Part shown: positions 7,920-16,815 of the stretch, one piece after another
How positions within the stretch are numbered: position 1 is the stretch's first letter
Layout of the letters: every line of letters begins with the position of its first letter
The notes under the pieces: generated by a model
Seen by the model: only the letters and a program-made list of their open reading frames with translations
What the model was told of the DNA's origin: nothing
Database searches by the model: none
From: Candidatus Baldrarchaeota archaeon
Lineage (GTDB): Archaea; Asgardarchaeota; Baldrarchaeia; Baldrarchaeales; DXJG01
Assembly: GCA_019056805.1 (NCBI GenBank)
Contig: DXJG01000002.1
Coordinates: 283,103-315,102 of the forward strand
Length of the DNA: 32,000 nucleotides
Reading direction: 5' to 3'
Program-made: the position numbers and the translations under genes

Positions 7920-8954
7920 AAGTTTAATATGCATCGGCATCGAGAGTACCGCACTAGTTTAATCTGCGGAAATACTCTCGGTGTCGGAATCATCACCGAA
8001 GAAGGAAAAATACTAGCTAATGTTAAAGATTCTTATATACCGCCTTACGGGAAGGGGATTCATCCAGCGGAAGCTGCGAGGCATCATGCATTAAAAATGA
8101 GAGAAACTATTTTAAAAGCATTAAAACAAGCTAAAATAAAACTAGAAGATATAAATCTAATTGCTTTTGCTCAAGGACCTGGAATGGGACCATGTTTAAG
8201 AACAGGAGCTGTAGCAGCTAGAACACTAGCCTTAACACTAAATAGGCCTCTGGTAGGAGTTAATCATCTAGTAGCTCACATCGAACTTGGAAAACTAGTC
8301 ACTGGCACCACAGATCCAGTTATCCTAGTCGTAAGTGGCGGAACAACAGCCCTTGTAGCCTTAGCTGAAAACAGATATAGAATTCTAGGGGAAACCCTCG
8401 ATATAGCGATCGGAAACTGCTTTGACAGATTTGCACGAGAAGTAGGGCTACACGACCCAAAACACCCGTGGCCCGGACCCATGTTTGATAAAGTTGCTTC
8501 AAAAGGAACAAAATACATCGAACTACCCTACATAGTTAAGGGAATGGATCTAAGCTTCTCAGGACTACTCACCGCCGCTCTAAAGAAAGTTAAAGAAGGT
8601 TATAGAGTTGAAGACGTTGCATATAGTTTACAAGAAACTGCATTAGCTATGCTCACAGAAGTTACTGAAAGAGCCTTAGCACACACAGGTAAAAAGGAAC
8701 TTCTACTAACTGGTGGTTTTGCAAGGAATATTCGCTTACAAAATATGCTTAAAACAATGGTGGAAGGCAGAGATGCAACGTTCCATGTAACTCCACCCGA
8801 ATATGCCAGTGACAACGGAGCTATGATAGCTTGGCTCGGAATCCTTGCATACAAACATGGTATCACAACTAAAATAGAGGAGAGCTATGTTAGACAAAGA
8901 TGGAGAATAGAAGAGGTCGAAATAAAATGGATAAAAGAAAACCAACTAAAGTAG
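7909..8954 (+). CDS. kae1: Kae1/TsaD t6A threonylcarbamoyltransferase; spliced CDS join(7909..7954,7972..8954), 342 aa
   Basis: Exon 1 reads MKNKSLICIGIESTA in a different frame from the called ORF; splicing gives GIESTAHTLGVGI. The body has HPAEAARHH, GPGMGPCL, HLVAHIE, VSGG, GETLDIAIGNCFD, SFSG and DNGAMIA. Confidence 0.95.
7955..7971 (+). other. 17-nt bulge-helix-bulge pre-mRNA intron in kae1
   Basis: Exon stem 7934-7948/7973-7987; central helix CCGC(7949-52)/GCGG(7966-69); 3-nt bulges ACU(7953-55) and AAA(7970-72); intron stem AG/CU with a 6-nt loop. Canonical cuts restore the frame and the His codon. The intron contains an in-frame TAA. Confidence 0.92.
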
Positions 8955-9607
8955 TTAAAATAGATCCTAAAAATCCAGATTATAACATCATCAAGGAAGC
9001 CGCCTTAATTATTAAACAAGGAGGACTGGTAATCTATCCTACAGAAACATGCTACGGTTTAGCAGCCAATGCTTTAGATCCAAAAGCTGTAAAACGCGTC
9101 TATGAAGTAAAAGGAAGACCCTACAATAAACCTTTATCAATAGCAGTGTCTGACCTGGAAATGGCAAAAAGGTACGCTTATTTTACTCCAGAAGCAGAAA
9201 AACTAGTAAAGGAACTCTTACCAGGACCACTAACCATAGCTCTCCCTAAAAAACCAGAAATACCAGATATAGTTAACCCTGATAGAATTGCTATTCGAAT
9301 CCCAAATAATCTCATAGCTATTTTATTGATAAAAGAAGCAGGCATACCTATTACTGCTACAAGTGCAAATAAAACAGGAGATCCACCCCCATACAACATA
9401 AATGATGCAATTAACTCACTGGTCGGTAGTGTTGATTTCGTAATTGATGCCGGTCAACTTCCTAAAGTCCAACCCTCTACCATTGTGGATTTTACCGAGA
9501 AACCCTACCCATTAATTACTAGGGTAGGACCTATACCTCCTTCTAAAATCCTAAAAATACTTAATATTCCACGAGAAAAATGGAATAAGCACATAAGGCA
9601 AAATTAA
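8927..9607 (+). CDS. tsaC: L-threonylcarbamoyladenylate synthase (short TsaC/YrdC type)
   Basis: YPTETCYGL, VKGRPYNKPLS, LLPGPLT, RIP and TATSAN motifs; no Sua5 C-terminal domain. Start ATG 8927 with GAGGT SD; overlaps the kae1 end. Confidence 0.92.
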   Translation: MDKRKPTKVVKIDPKNPDYNIIKEAALIIKQGGLVIYPTETCYGLAANALDPKAVKRVYEVKGRPYNKPLSIAVSDLEMAKRYAYFTPEAEKLVKELLPGPLTIALPKKPEIPDIVNPDRIAIRIPNNLIAILLIKEAGIPITATSANKTGDPPPYNINDAINSLVGSVDFVIDAGQLPKVQPSTIVDFTEKPYPLITRVGPIPPSKILKILNIPREKWNKHIRQN

Positions 9608-9655
9608 CGTAAAGTTTAAATATGGAAAATTTATTGTAGCTCCTCTCTTTTAGCG

Positions 9656-9979
9656 GTGATAAAAATGCAGATTATCATGGAATCTAAAGGTATTGAGAAA
9701 GTATTGAAAATAGTGGAAGACGATAACGGTAAAATTATTGGCAGGGCGGTAGTATCTGAACACGAAAACTATGTAAGACTCCATTTGATACTAGTAGATA
9801 AAAATTATCGAAGCAAAGGTCTTGGCACAAAACTTTTGGAAAAAGTACTTTCACTTTACCAAAATAAAAACATAACATTATCAACCTTCCTAGGTAATGA
9901 AGAATGGTTCCAAAAATACGGGTTCAAAATAGTTAACAAACATGATGGTCTAATCTCAATGATAAGACCCGCAAACTAA
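9656..9979 (+). CDS. GNAT-family N-acetyltransferase
   Basis: LHLILVDKNYRSKGLGTKLL (motif A) and WFQKYGF. Confidence 0.85.
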   Translation: MIKMQIIMESKGIEKVLKIVEDDNGKIIGRAVVSEHENYVRLHLILVDKNYRSKGLGTKLLEKVLSLYQNKNITLSTFLGNEEWFQKYGFKIVNKHDGLISMIRPAN

Positions 9980-9992
9980 TTTCTGAAACTTC

Positions 9993-10724
9993 CTACAATA
10001 TTTCGTCTATAAGATTTAGCAGGTCTGTAAGTTTTGAAATTTTTCTACATCTTCTGTTTTTGTAAAGCCCTTTTCTGTCAAGAAGAACACCCATTATTCC
10101 AACTGACTCAGCTCCAAGATAATCATTTTCATAACTATCACCAATATGCATCATCCTTTCAAGAGGTGTATTCGACATTTTTGAAGCAAGTTTAAAAATT
10201 TCCGGGCTCGGCTTTTCATAGCCTACAGAACCAGAAGCCACCAATAAGTCAAAATAACTTTCTAACCCAATCCGAGAAAGATAAATTGATAAATTCCTGT
10301 GAGAAGAAACATTAGAAATTATAATAAGACGAAACCCCCGTTTTTTAAGTTCTTTGAGAGTAGGTTCCACATCTTCGTACGCCCTAAATACGACCCTATG
10401 AGGCCACAGCTCAGATACTTGCAAAGCAAGTTTACGTGGATTAGGTAGTCTTAAAGCTGATATCATGTGTTGAATAAGTTCAATAAATGCCTCTTCATTC
10501 CACAACTTACCAGTTTTAACTTTCTCCCACCTCCACCAATCACGTACACTTCTAAATACATCCTTAAGTTGTTCAACATCGACCTTATATCCTAATTCAC
10601 TTAAAATTTCATAAAAAACAATATGATCATCCTTTACTTCATAGGCAAGGGTCCCTCCAAAATCTAACGAAATAGTTTCTAACAAATTCCTCTCTCCTAC
10701 CAAATTTTTAAACGCACAGTTCAA
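9993..10724 (-). CDS. HAD-superfamily hydrolase (subfamily IA); start possibly later
   Basis: DFGGTL motif I, IISN, EKPSPEIF and HIGDSYENDYLGA. Confidence 0.88.
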   Translation of the reverse strand: MNCAFKNLVGERNLLETISLDFGGTLAYEVKDDHIVFYEILSELGYKVDVEQLKDVFRSVRDWWRWEKVKTGKLWNEEAFIELIQHMISALRLPNPRKLALQVSELWPHRVVFRAYEDVEPTLKELKKRGFRLIIISNVSSHRNLSIYLSRIGLESYFDLLVASGSVGYEKPSPEIFKLASKMSNTPLERMMHIGDSYENDYLGAESVGIMGVLLDRKGLYKNRRCRKISKLTDLLNLIDEIL

Positions 10725-10829
10725 TCAAGTCTCCATAAAGCATTTATTGATTCAAACATTATACTTTTGACAATATTAACTTACGTAATATTTTTACATA
10801 AAAATCAAGGCAATCCATAGTTTAAATTC

Positions 10830-10882
10830 AATCAGTAGAGGTGCATATCATCACTTTTCAGTTCAGGTCAGTATCATCATAC
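10830..10882 (-). ncRNA. C/D box guide sRNA (2'-O-methylation), double guide
   Basis: Minus strand: C box AUGAUGA (10880-74), 12-nt guide, D' CUGA (10861-58), C' GUGAUGA (10854-48), 12-nt guide, D CUGA (10835-32). All four boxes are perfect and the location is intergenic. Confidence 0.93.
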
Positions 10883-11151
10883 TGGATATAACTACCTACC
10901 GACAATACCATTCCACACATCCATATTTTCTTAGCAAACGAATATTAAATTATCGTTAATGCACTTACTTTTAATTTTTATGAATTTTTTCTTTCTTCCG
11001 TTAAGTCTTTCACGAGTTCACATTTTTGTTTTGCAATTAAAATGGTCTAGGTACGTATCTGGAACGTTTTTCCTCTATGTGCCAGTTAGGTCGATTTAAC
11101 CAAAATTTTTAATAAGTTTGGAGACATTAATACTAGAAGGAGAGGTGGAGT

Positions 11152-12732
11152 ATGAGAAAACTAAAGTTTTCTAAAAGAGCTCAAACAAAGCTGATTGCAA
11201 TAATCGTTGTGATCATAGTAATCGCAGCAGTTGTTGGCATTGCTTACTATTACTTGGCACCTAAACCAGCTCCCAAACCGCTTACCTTAGGTACAACAGA
11301 TAAAATAACAGTTCTCGATCCTGCAAAAGCCTATGACTTCTTCACATGGGAGATATTTAACAACATTGGTGAAGGATTATTAAAGTACAAGCCTGGAACA
11401 ACCGAATTAGAACCGGGTATCGCAGAATCGTATACCGTCAGCGCTGACGGGCTCGAATACACCTTTAAACTCAGAGAAGGCTTGAAATTTACCGATGGAA
11501 CCCCACTTAACGCTACCGCTGTTAAATGGTCTATAGACCGAGTCATGAGACTAGATCTAGATCCTTCATGGCTAGTTACAGCCTTCGTTGACAGAGTAGA
11601 AGTTGTAGACACCTACACCGTAAAGTTCGTACTGAAAAAACCAGTTTCATACTTCCCAGCACTAGTTGCCACCGTGCCCTACTTCCCAGTAAGCCCCAAC
11701 TCCTACCCCGCAAATGACACCGCTGAACCTCTAGTAGGTCACTACGGCCCCTATAAAATCAAAAGCTGGACAAGAGATGTAGAAATCGTCCTAGAAGCCA
11801 ACCCCGACTATTACGGTCCCAAACCAAAATCGGAGATCTTCGTTGTAAAATTCTTTAAAGACGCTTCTTCATTAAGATTAGCGGTGGAAACTGGTGAAAT
11901 CGACATTGCTTGGAGGACACTAAGACCAACAGACATAATTGATCTTAAAGAGGCAGGAGAACTAACCGTAATAGAAGCACCAGGACCATATATTCGATAC
12001 ATTGTCTGTCGCTGCAACCAAGCACCCTTTAACAATACGCTCTTAAGACGAGCTGTTGCCGCAGCCATAAACAGGAGTAGAATATGTGAAGAAGTCTACA
12101 AGGGTACCGTTGAGCCACTTTACAGCATGGTTCCTAAGGGAATGTGGAGCCACATTGATGCATTCAAAGAGGAATATGGTGAGCGCAATTTAACACTAGC
12201 AAGAGAACTCTTAATGGAGGCAGGGTACAGCGAGGAAAATCCATTTGAATTCGAACTATGGTATACTCCTACACATTATGGAGATTTAGAGGCAGATGTA
12301 GCGGCTGTAATAAAGGAAGACCTTGAAGAGACAGGTATCATGAAGGTTACACTGAGAAGTGCTGAATGGGCAACATATGCTGGTGAGTACATAGCCCAAG
12401 GAGTTATGCCTATCTTTCTACTCGGCTGGTATCCAGACTACATAGATCCAGATAACTACTTAACATGCTTCCTTCACTCAGAATATTCGCCAGACCTGGG
12501 CGTATTCTACAATAACAGTCAAATGGACGAGTGGCTTGAGGCAGCTCAAACCGAATTAGACATAGAAACACGAACAGAACTCTATATAAATGTACAAAGG
12601 CTAATGGCCGAAGAAGCCCCAGTTATTCCGCTTTTCCAAGGAAAACTGACTATCGTCACTTCACCAGACGTAAAGGGAGTTGTACTAGACCCTGTAATGC
12701 TGCTCAGATACTACTTGATCTACAAAGAGTAA
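11152..12732 (+). CDS. dppA: ABC transporter peptide/nickel-family substrate-binding protein
   Basis: LDPA, EGLL, PGIAESY, YTFKLREGLKFTDGTPLNATAV, GPY, and WYPDYIDPD; N-terminal membrane anchor. Confidence 0.92.
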   Translation: MRKLKFSKRAQTKLIAIIVVIIVIAAVVGIAYYYLAPKPAPKPLTLGTTDKITVLDPAKAYDFFTWEIFNNIGEGLLKYKPGTTELEPGIAESYTVSADGLEYTFKLREGLKFTDGTPLNATAVKWSIDRVMRLDLDPSWLVTAFVDRVEVVDTYTVKFVLKKPVSYFPALVATVPYFPVSPNSYPANDTAEPLVGHYGPYKIKSWTRDVEIVLEANPDYYGPKPKSEIFVVKFFKDASSLRLAVETGEIDIAWRTLRPTDIIDLKEAGELTVIEAPGPYIRYIVCRCNQAPFNNTLLRRAVAAAINRSRICEEVYKGTVEPLYSMVPKGMWSHIDAFKEEYGERNLTLARELLMEAGYSEENPFEFELWYTPTHYGDLEADVAAVIKEDLEETGIMKVTLRSAEWATYAGEYIAQGVMPIFLLGWYPDYIDPDNYLTCFLHSEYSPDLGVFYNNSQMDEWLEAAQTELDIETRTELYINVQRLMAEEAPVIPLFQGKLTIVTSPDVKGVVLDPVMLLRYYLIYKE

Positions 12733-12756
12733 AAAATAAAAACCACTCACTTAACC

Positions 12757-12764
12757 TTTTTTTT
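12757..12764 (+). terminator. possible oligo-T terminator/attenuator between dppA and dppB
   Basis: T8 run 25 nt after the dppA stop; archaeal terminators are typically oligo-T. Confidence 0.35.
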
Positions 12765-12777
12765 CGGAGGAAAATAT

Positions 12778-13788
12778 ATGACATCTCTAAGAATATACGT
12801 TGTAAGGCGAATCCTTTTGGCTATTCCCACGATTCTTATTCTCCTCACGATTGTTTTTGTTGTAATGAGAGTCGCTGGAGACCCTGTCAGTGCCATACTT
12901 GGTGGTCACGCCCCCGCAGAACAAATCGAACGTATAAAAGAGCAGCTTGGACTTAATAAACCGCTATACGTCCAGTACCTTGAATATCTTTGGCAACTTT
13001 TCCATGGAGATCTAGGACGGTCAATGATTTGGGGGCGAAGACCCGTATTAGTTGAGATTTTAGAACACTTCCCAGCTACACTAGAACTTTCCATATCAGC
13101 ATTTATTGTGAGCATATTTATTGGAATAATTACTGGTGTCCATTCAGCTCGCAATTACAATAAACCTACTGACCACATGCTTAGGCTGTACGGCATTGTT
13201 ACCTATGCCCTTTTTATTCCTTGGATTGGACTAATATTACAACTAATATTCGGAGTATACCTAGGTTGGTTGCCAACCAGTGGACGAATAGATACCCTCA
13301 TGGAGCCAAAACACATCACCGGACTCTACGTGTTAGATAGTATCCTAACACTTAACATTCCCAGTTTGATCAGTGCGATAAGGCATCTAATTCTTCCATC
13401 CATAACCTTAGGAATTTATCTTTCAGGAATTTACACACGTCTTACACGATCAAACATGTTGGAGATTCTTAGAAAAGACTTCATAACAGCCGCTAAAGCG
13501 AGAGGGTTACCAGAAGATACAATAATCTACAAACATGCTCTAAAAAACGCGTTTATACCAATACTTACGATGATGGGGTTACAGTTCGCGTTGCTACTTG
13601 CCGGAGCAGTATTAACAGAGACAACATTTTCATGGCCAGGAATGGGAACATTTCTTGCCGAAAGGATATTTTACCGAGATTACACAACAGTTCAGGGAAC
13701 CATTGTTTTCTTCGCACTTCTAGTAGTTAGTGTGAGCCTTATAATCGATATTCTCTACGCTTATATAGATCCAAGAATTCGATATTAG
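12778..13788 (+). CDS. dppB: ABC peptide transporter permease
   Basis: GLNKPLYVQY, GDLGRS, PATLEL, and EAA-type loop TAAKARGL...KHALKNA. Confidence 0.92.
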   Translation: MTSLRIYVVRRILLAIPTILILLTIVFVVMRVAGDPVSAILGGHAPAEQIERIKEQLGLNKPLYVQYLEYLWQLFHGDLGRSMIWGRRPVLVEILEHFPATLELSISAFIVSIFIGIITGVHSARNYNKPTDHMLRLYGIVTYALFIPWIGLILQLIFGVYLGWLPTSGRIDTLMEPKHITGLYVLDSILTLNIPSLISAIRHLILPSITLGIYLSGIYTRLTRSNMLEILRKDFITAAKARGLPEDTIIYKHALKNAFIPILTMMGLQFALLLAGAVLTETTFSWPGMGTFLAERIFYRDYTTVQGTIVFFALLVVSVSLIIDILYAYIDPRIRY

Positions 13789-13797
13789 GAGGTTAAA

Positions 13798-14676
13798 GTG
13801 ATGACACCAATTTTATCTTTTTCAAGATTGATTGCATCACTTAAGAGAATTTCCCCTAGAAGAGGGATTGAATATTGTTTTACCATTATAGGATTTGTGA
13901 TCACTCTTTCCATAATTTTAATGGCTATTTTTGCTCCATACATTGCTCCTTATGATCCAACAAAAAGAGTAGGCGGTCTTCTTGAGGGTCCAAATAGCCA
14001 TTTTATTATGGGTACAGATAGCCTTGGAAGAGATATTTTTAGCAGAATAATATATGGATCTAGGATCGTTCTACGTGTCACTCTTTTATCGATTGTTATT
14101 TCTTTTTTCTGCGGTGTACCACTTGGATTAATAGCGGGTTATGTTGGAGGTAAACTTGACAGCGTTTTATCCTTGGTCATGGATGCTATGTATGCTTTCC
14201 CAGGACTTATCTTGGCTATAGCCATAGCTGCCGCACTGGGTCCAAGTGAGATAACTGTATCTTTAGCAATAGCAGTGATTTACATCCCAACTTATTTCCG
14301 AATGATTAGAGGACACGTTTTATCTCTAAAAGAAAGCCTATTTATTGAAGCAGCAAGAGCGATTGGCGCTAGGGACAGAACTATAATATTCAAATACATT
14401 TTTCCAAACGTTATTCTATCTATTCCAATAATACTATCACTTAATGCAGCTGATGCCGTCCTAACAGAAGCAGCTTTAAGCTTTCTTGGACTTGGACCAG
14501 TCACTGCACCGACTCCAGATTGGGGAATGGATTTAAGGATGGGTCACGCTTATCTTGCTGCTAAAATTTGGTGGCCAAGTACATTTCCAGGGTTGATGAT
14601 AGTATTACTCACACTGGGCTTCAGCCTTCTTGGAGAAGGAATCAGCGAAATTTTGAATCCGAGATTAAGGAGATGA
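13798..14676 (+). CDS. dppC: ABC peptide transporter permease
   Basis: GTDSLGRDIFSRIIYG, EAARAIGA and EAALSFLGLG. Confidence 0.92.
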   Translation: MMTPILSFSRLIASLKRISPRRGIEYCFTIIGFVITLSIILMAIFAPYIAPYDPTKRVGGLLEGPNSHFIMGTDSLGRDIFSRIIYGSRIVLRVTLLSIVISFFCGVPLGLIAGYVGGKLDSVLSLVMDAMYAFPGLILAIAIAAALGPSEITVSLAIAVIYIPTYFRMIRGHVLSLKESLFIEAARAIGARDRTIIFKYIFPNVILSIPIILSLNAADAVLTEAALSFLGLGPVTAPTPDWGMDLRMGHAYLAAKIWWPSTFPGLMIVLLTLGFSLLGEGISEILNPRLRR

Positions 14677-15641
14677 AAGCTGTGGGGGAAAGTATCCTAG
14701 AAGTAAAGGGCCTAAAAGTTTACTATTATACAAGAGAAGGCGTCGTGAGAGCTGTGGATAACGTAGATTTTTTCATGGAAAAAGGAGAAACAGTGGGCTT
14801 AGTTGGGGAATCTGGTTCGGGAAAATCGACTTTAGGTTTTTCCATATTGAAGCTTATTCCTCCTCCAGGAAAAATAGTTGACGGAAAGATTATTTTTGAT
14901 GGAATTGATCTTACTGAGTTGGATGAAAAGGAGATGCGTGAAATAAGAGGAAAACGGATTTCAATGGTCTTTCAAGATCCAATGACTTCACTAAATCCGC
15001 TCATGAAGATAGGTGACCACTTAGTTGAGACTATAATGACGCATGAGGAAGTTACACGTGAGGAAGCCGAAGAAAGAGCACTTGCATTGTTAAGAGATGT
15101 TGGTATTATGCCGGATAGATTTCACGATTATCCTCATCAGTTTAGTGGGGGAATGCGGCAGAGAGTCATGATTGCTTTGGCATTAGCTTTAAATCCAGAT
15201 ATAGTTATAGCAGATGAACCTACCTCTGCTCTTGATGTGATTGTCCAATTTCAAATTTTGGATTTGATGGAGAGATTAAAAAAGCAATACAATGTAGGAA
15301 TGATCTTTATATCTCATGATATAAGTGTAGTCGCTGAAATTTCTGATAAAATAGCTTTGATGTATGCAGGCCAAATAGTTGAGTATGCTAATGCCATCCC
15401 CTTCTTCGAAGAGCATCTACATCCCTACGCCGAGCTACTGTTACAATCAGTGCCAAATATTGAGCTATCTGACCAAAAACTTAAATACATCCCTGGGTTG
15501 CCACCAGATTTACTTCACCCCCCTAGTGGTTGTAGGTTTCATCCACGGTGCCCATATGCTGAAAGCATATGCAAAGAGAAAGATCCCCCCTTACTTGAGA
15601 TAAATACAGGACACTTTGTAAAATGTTTTAGATATAAGTAG
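14673..15641 (+). CDS. dppD: ABC peptide transporter ATP-binding protein
   Basis: GESGSGKST, FQDPMTSLNP, FSGGMRQR, DEPT and C-terminal GCRFHPRC. Start at the ATGA overlap with the dppC stop. Confidence 0.92.
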   Translation: MKAVGESILEVKGLKVYYYTREGVVRAVDNVDFFMEKGETVGLVGESGSGKSTLGFSILKLIPPPGKIVDGKIIFDGIDLTELDEKEMREIRGKRISMVFQDPMTSLNPLMKIGDHLVETIMTHEEVTREEAEERALALLRDVGIMPDRFHDYPHQFSGGMRQRVMIALALALNPDIVIADEPTSALDVIVQFQILDLMERLKKQYNVGMIFISHDISVVAEISDKIALMYAGQIVEYANAIPFFEEHLHPYAELLLQSVPNIELSDQKLKYIPGLPPDLLHPPSGCRFHPRCPYAESICKEKDPPLLEINTGHFVKCFRYK

Positions 15642-15660
15642 CATAAGAGGATGTGTAAAT

Positions 15661-16638
15661 TTGATAATTAAGGTAGTGAATCTAAAAAAATACTTCCCAG
15701 TACAAAAGAGTTTCCTAGAAAGATTGTTTGCCAGAAAACTTGATTACGTTAAAGCAGTTGACGGAATTAGTTTTGAAATAGAAAAGGGTGAAGTTTTCAC
15801 CATAGCTGGAGAAAGCGGATGCGGAAAAACAACAACTGGAAGATTAGTTACACGACTCATTGATCCTACTGATGGAAAAATTCTCTTTAAAGAAAAAGAT
15901 ATAACATTTCTGAGGGGAGAGGAACTAAGAAGACTCAGAAAACATATACAGATAATTTTCCAAGACCCCTACGCTTCCCTTAATCCTCGCATGAAGATAG
16001 GAGAGATCGTAGGGCATCCCCTTGAGATTCATGAAATAGCAACGGGAGATGAAAAGAAGAAGTTAGTCCTTGAAATGCTGGAAAAAGTCGACTTAAAACC
16101 AGCTGAAAAGTTTTATGACATGTATCCTCACGAATTGAGCGGCGGACAGAGACAAAGAGTAGCAATAGCAAGGGCTATGATACTTAATCCGGATTTCATT
16201 GTAGCCGATGAACCAATTTCGATGATAGACGTTTCTTTAAGAGCAAAGATACTTGAATTGATGACTGAGTTAAAAGAGGAATTCGATTTAACATATCTCT
16301 TTATAACACATGACCTAGCAGTAGCTAAATACATTTCTGATAGAATAGCCATTATGTACCTAGGAAAAATTGTTGAGATGGGTCAAAAAGAATTAATATT
16401 CTCTAACCCCCTTCACCCCTACACTATTGCATTACTCTCAGCGATACCAATTCCAAATCCAAAAAGAAAACGCAAACGCATAGAACTAAAGGGAGAAGTT
16501 CCTAGCTCCATTAACATACCATCCGGCTGTAGATTCCATCCACGCTGTCCATATAAAGAGGACATATGTTCCAAGGAAGAACCACAACTAATAGAGGCAG
16601 AAAAAGACCATTACGTAGCATGCCACCGAGTCCAATAA
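15661..16638 (+). CDS. dppF: ABC peptide transporter ATP-binding protein
   Basis: GESGCGKTT, FQDPYASLNP, LSGGQRQR, DEP and GCRFHPRC. Confidence 0.92.
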   Translation: MIIKVVNLKKYFPVQKSFLERLFARKLDYVKAVDGISFEIEKGEVFTIAGESGCGKTTTGRLVTRLIDPTDGKILFKEKDITFLRGEELRRLRKHIQIIFQDPYASLNPRMKIGEIVGHPLEIHEIATGDEKKKLVLEMLEKVDLKPAEKFYDMYPHELSGGQRQRVAIARAMILNPDFIVADEPISMIDVSLRAKILELMTELKEEFDLTYLFITHDLAVAKYISDRIAIMYLGKIVEMGQKELIFSNPLHPYTIALLSAIPIPNPKRKRKRIELKGEVPSSINIPSGCRFHPRCPYKEDICSKEEPQLIEAEKDHYVACHRVQ

Positions 16639-16815
16639 CTACATTATCCATATAACTAACAATGAAAAAGTTAACTAGCATCACCAATTTAAGAGATAAC
16701 TAAACCTTCCATGAGACATAAATATCTCCTGAACAATATCTCGACCTGTTAATGTCCGTTTAAATGAAAACAAAAACGGCTGGTTATAGACATTTCTATT
16801 ATTTTATATCCGAGG

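Noticed and set aside
7949-7972. Idea that the spliced kae1 hairpin mimics a t6A substrate anticodon loop (autoregulation)
   Set aside because: The 7-nt loop after splicing is CCGCACA, not the U36-A37-A38 context that t6A requires.
7929-7973. ORF-track start of Kae1 (MHRHREYRTSLICGN)
   Set aside because: It lacks the universal GIESTAH strand, which is encoded in another frame and restored exactly by BHB splicing.
7950-7975. Simple frameshift or sequencing error, or programmed frameshift, as the explanation of the kae1 break
   Set aside because: There are 17 extra nt with a stop codon, no slippery site, and a complete BHB whose cut sites match the protein junction.
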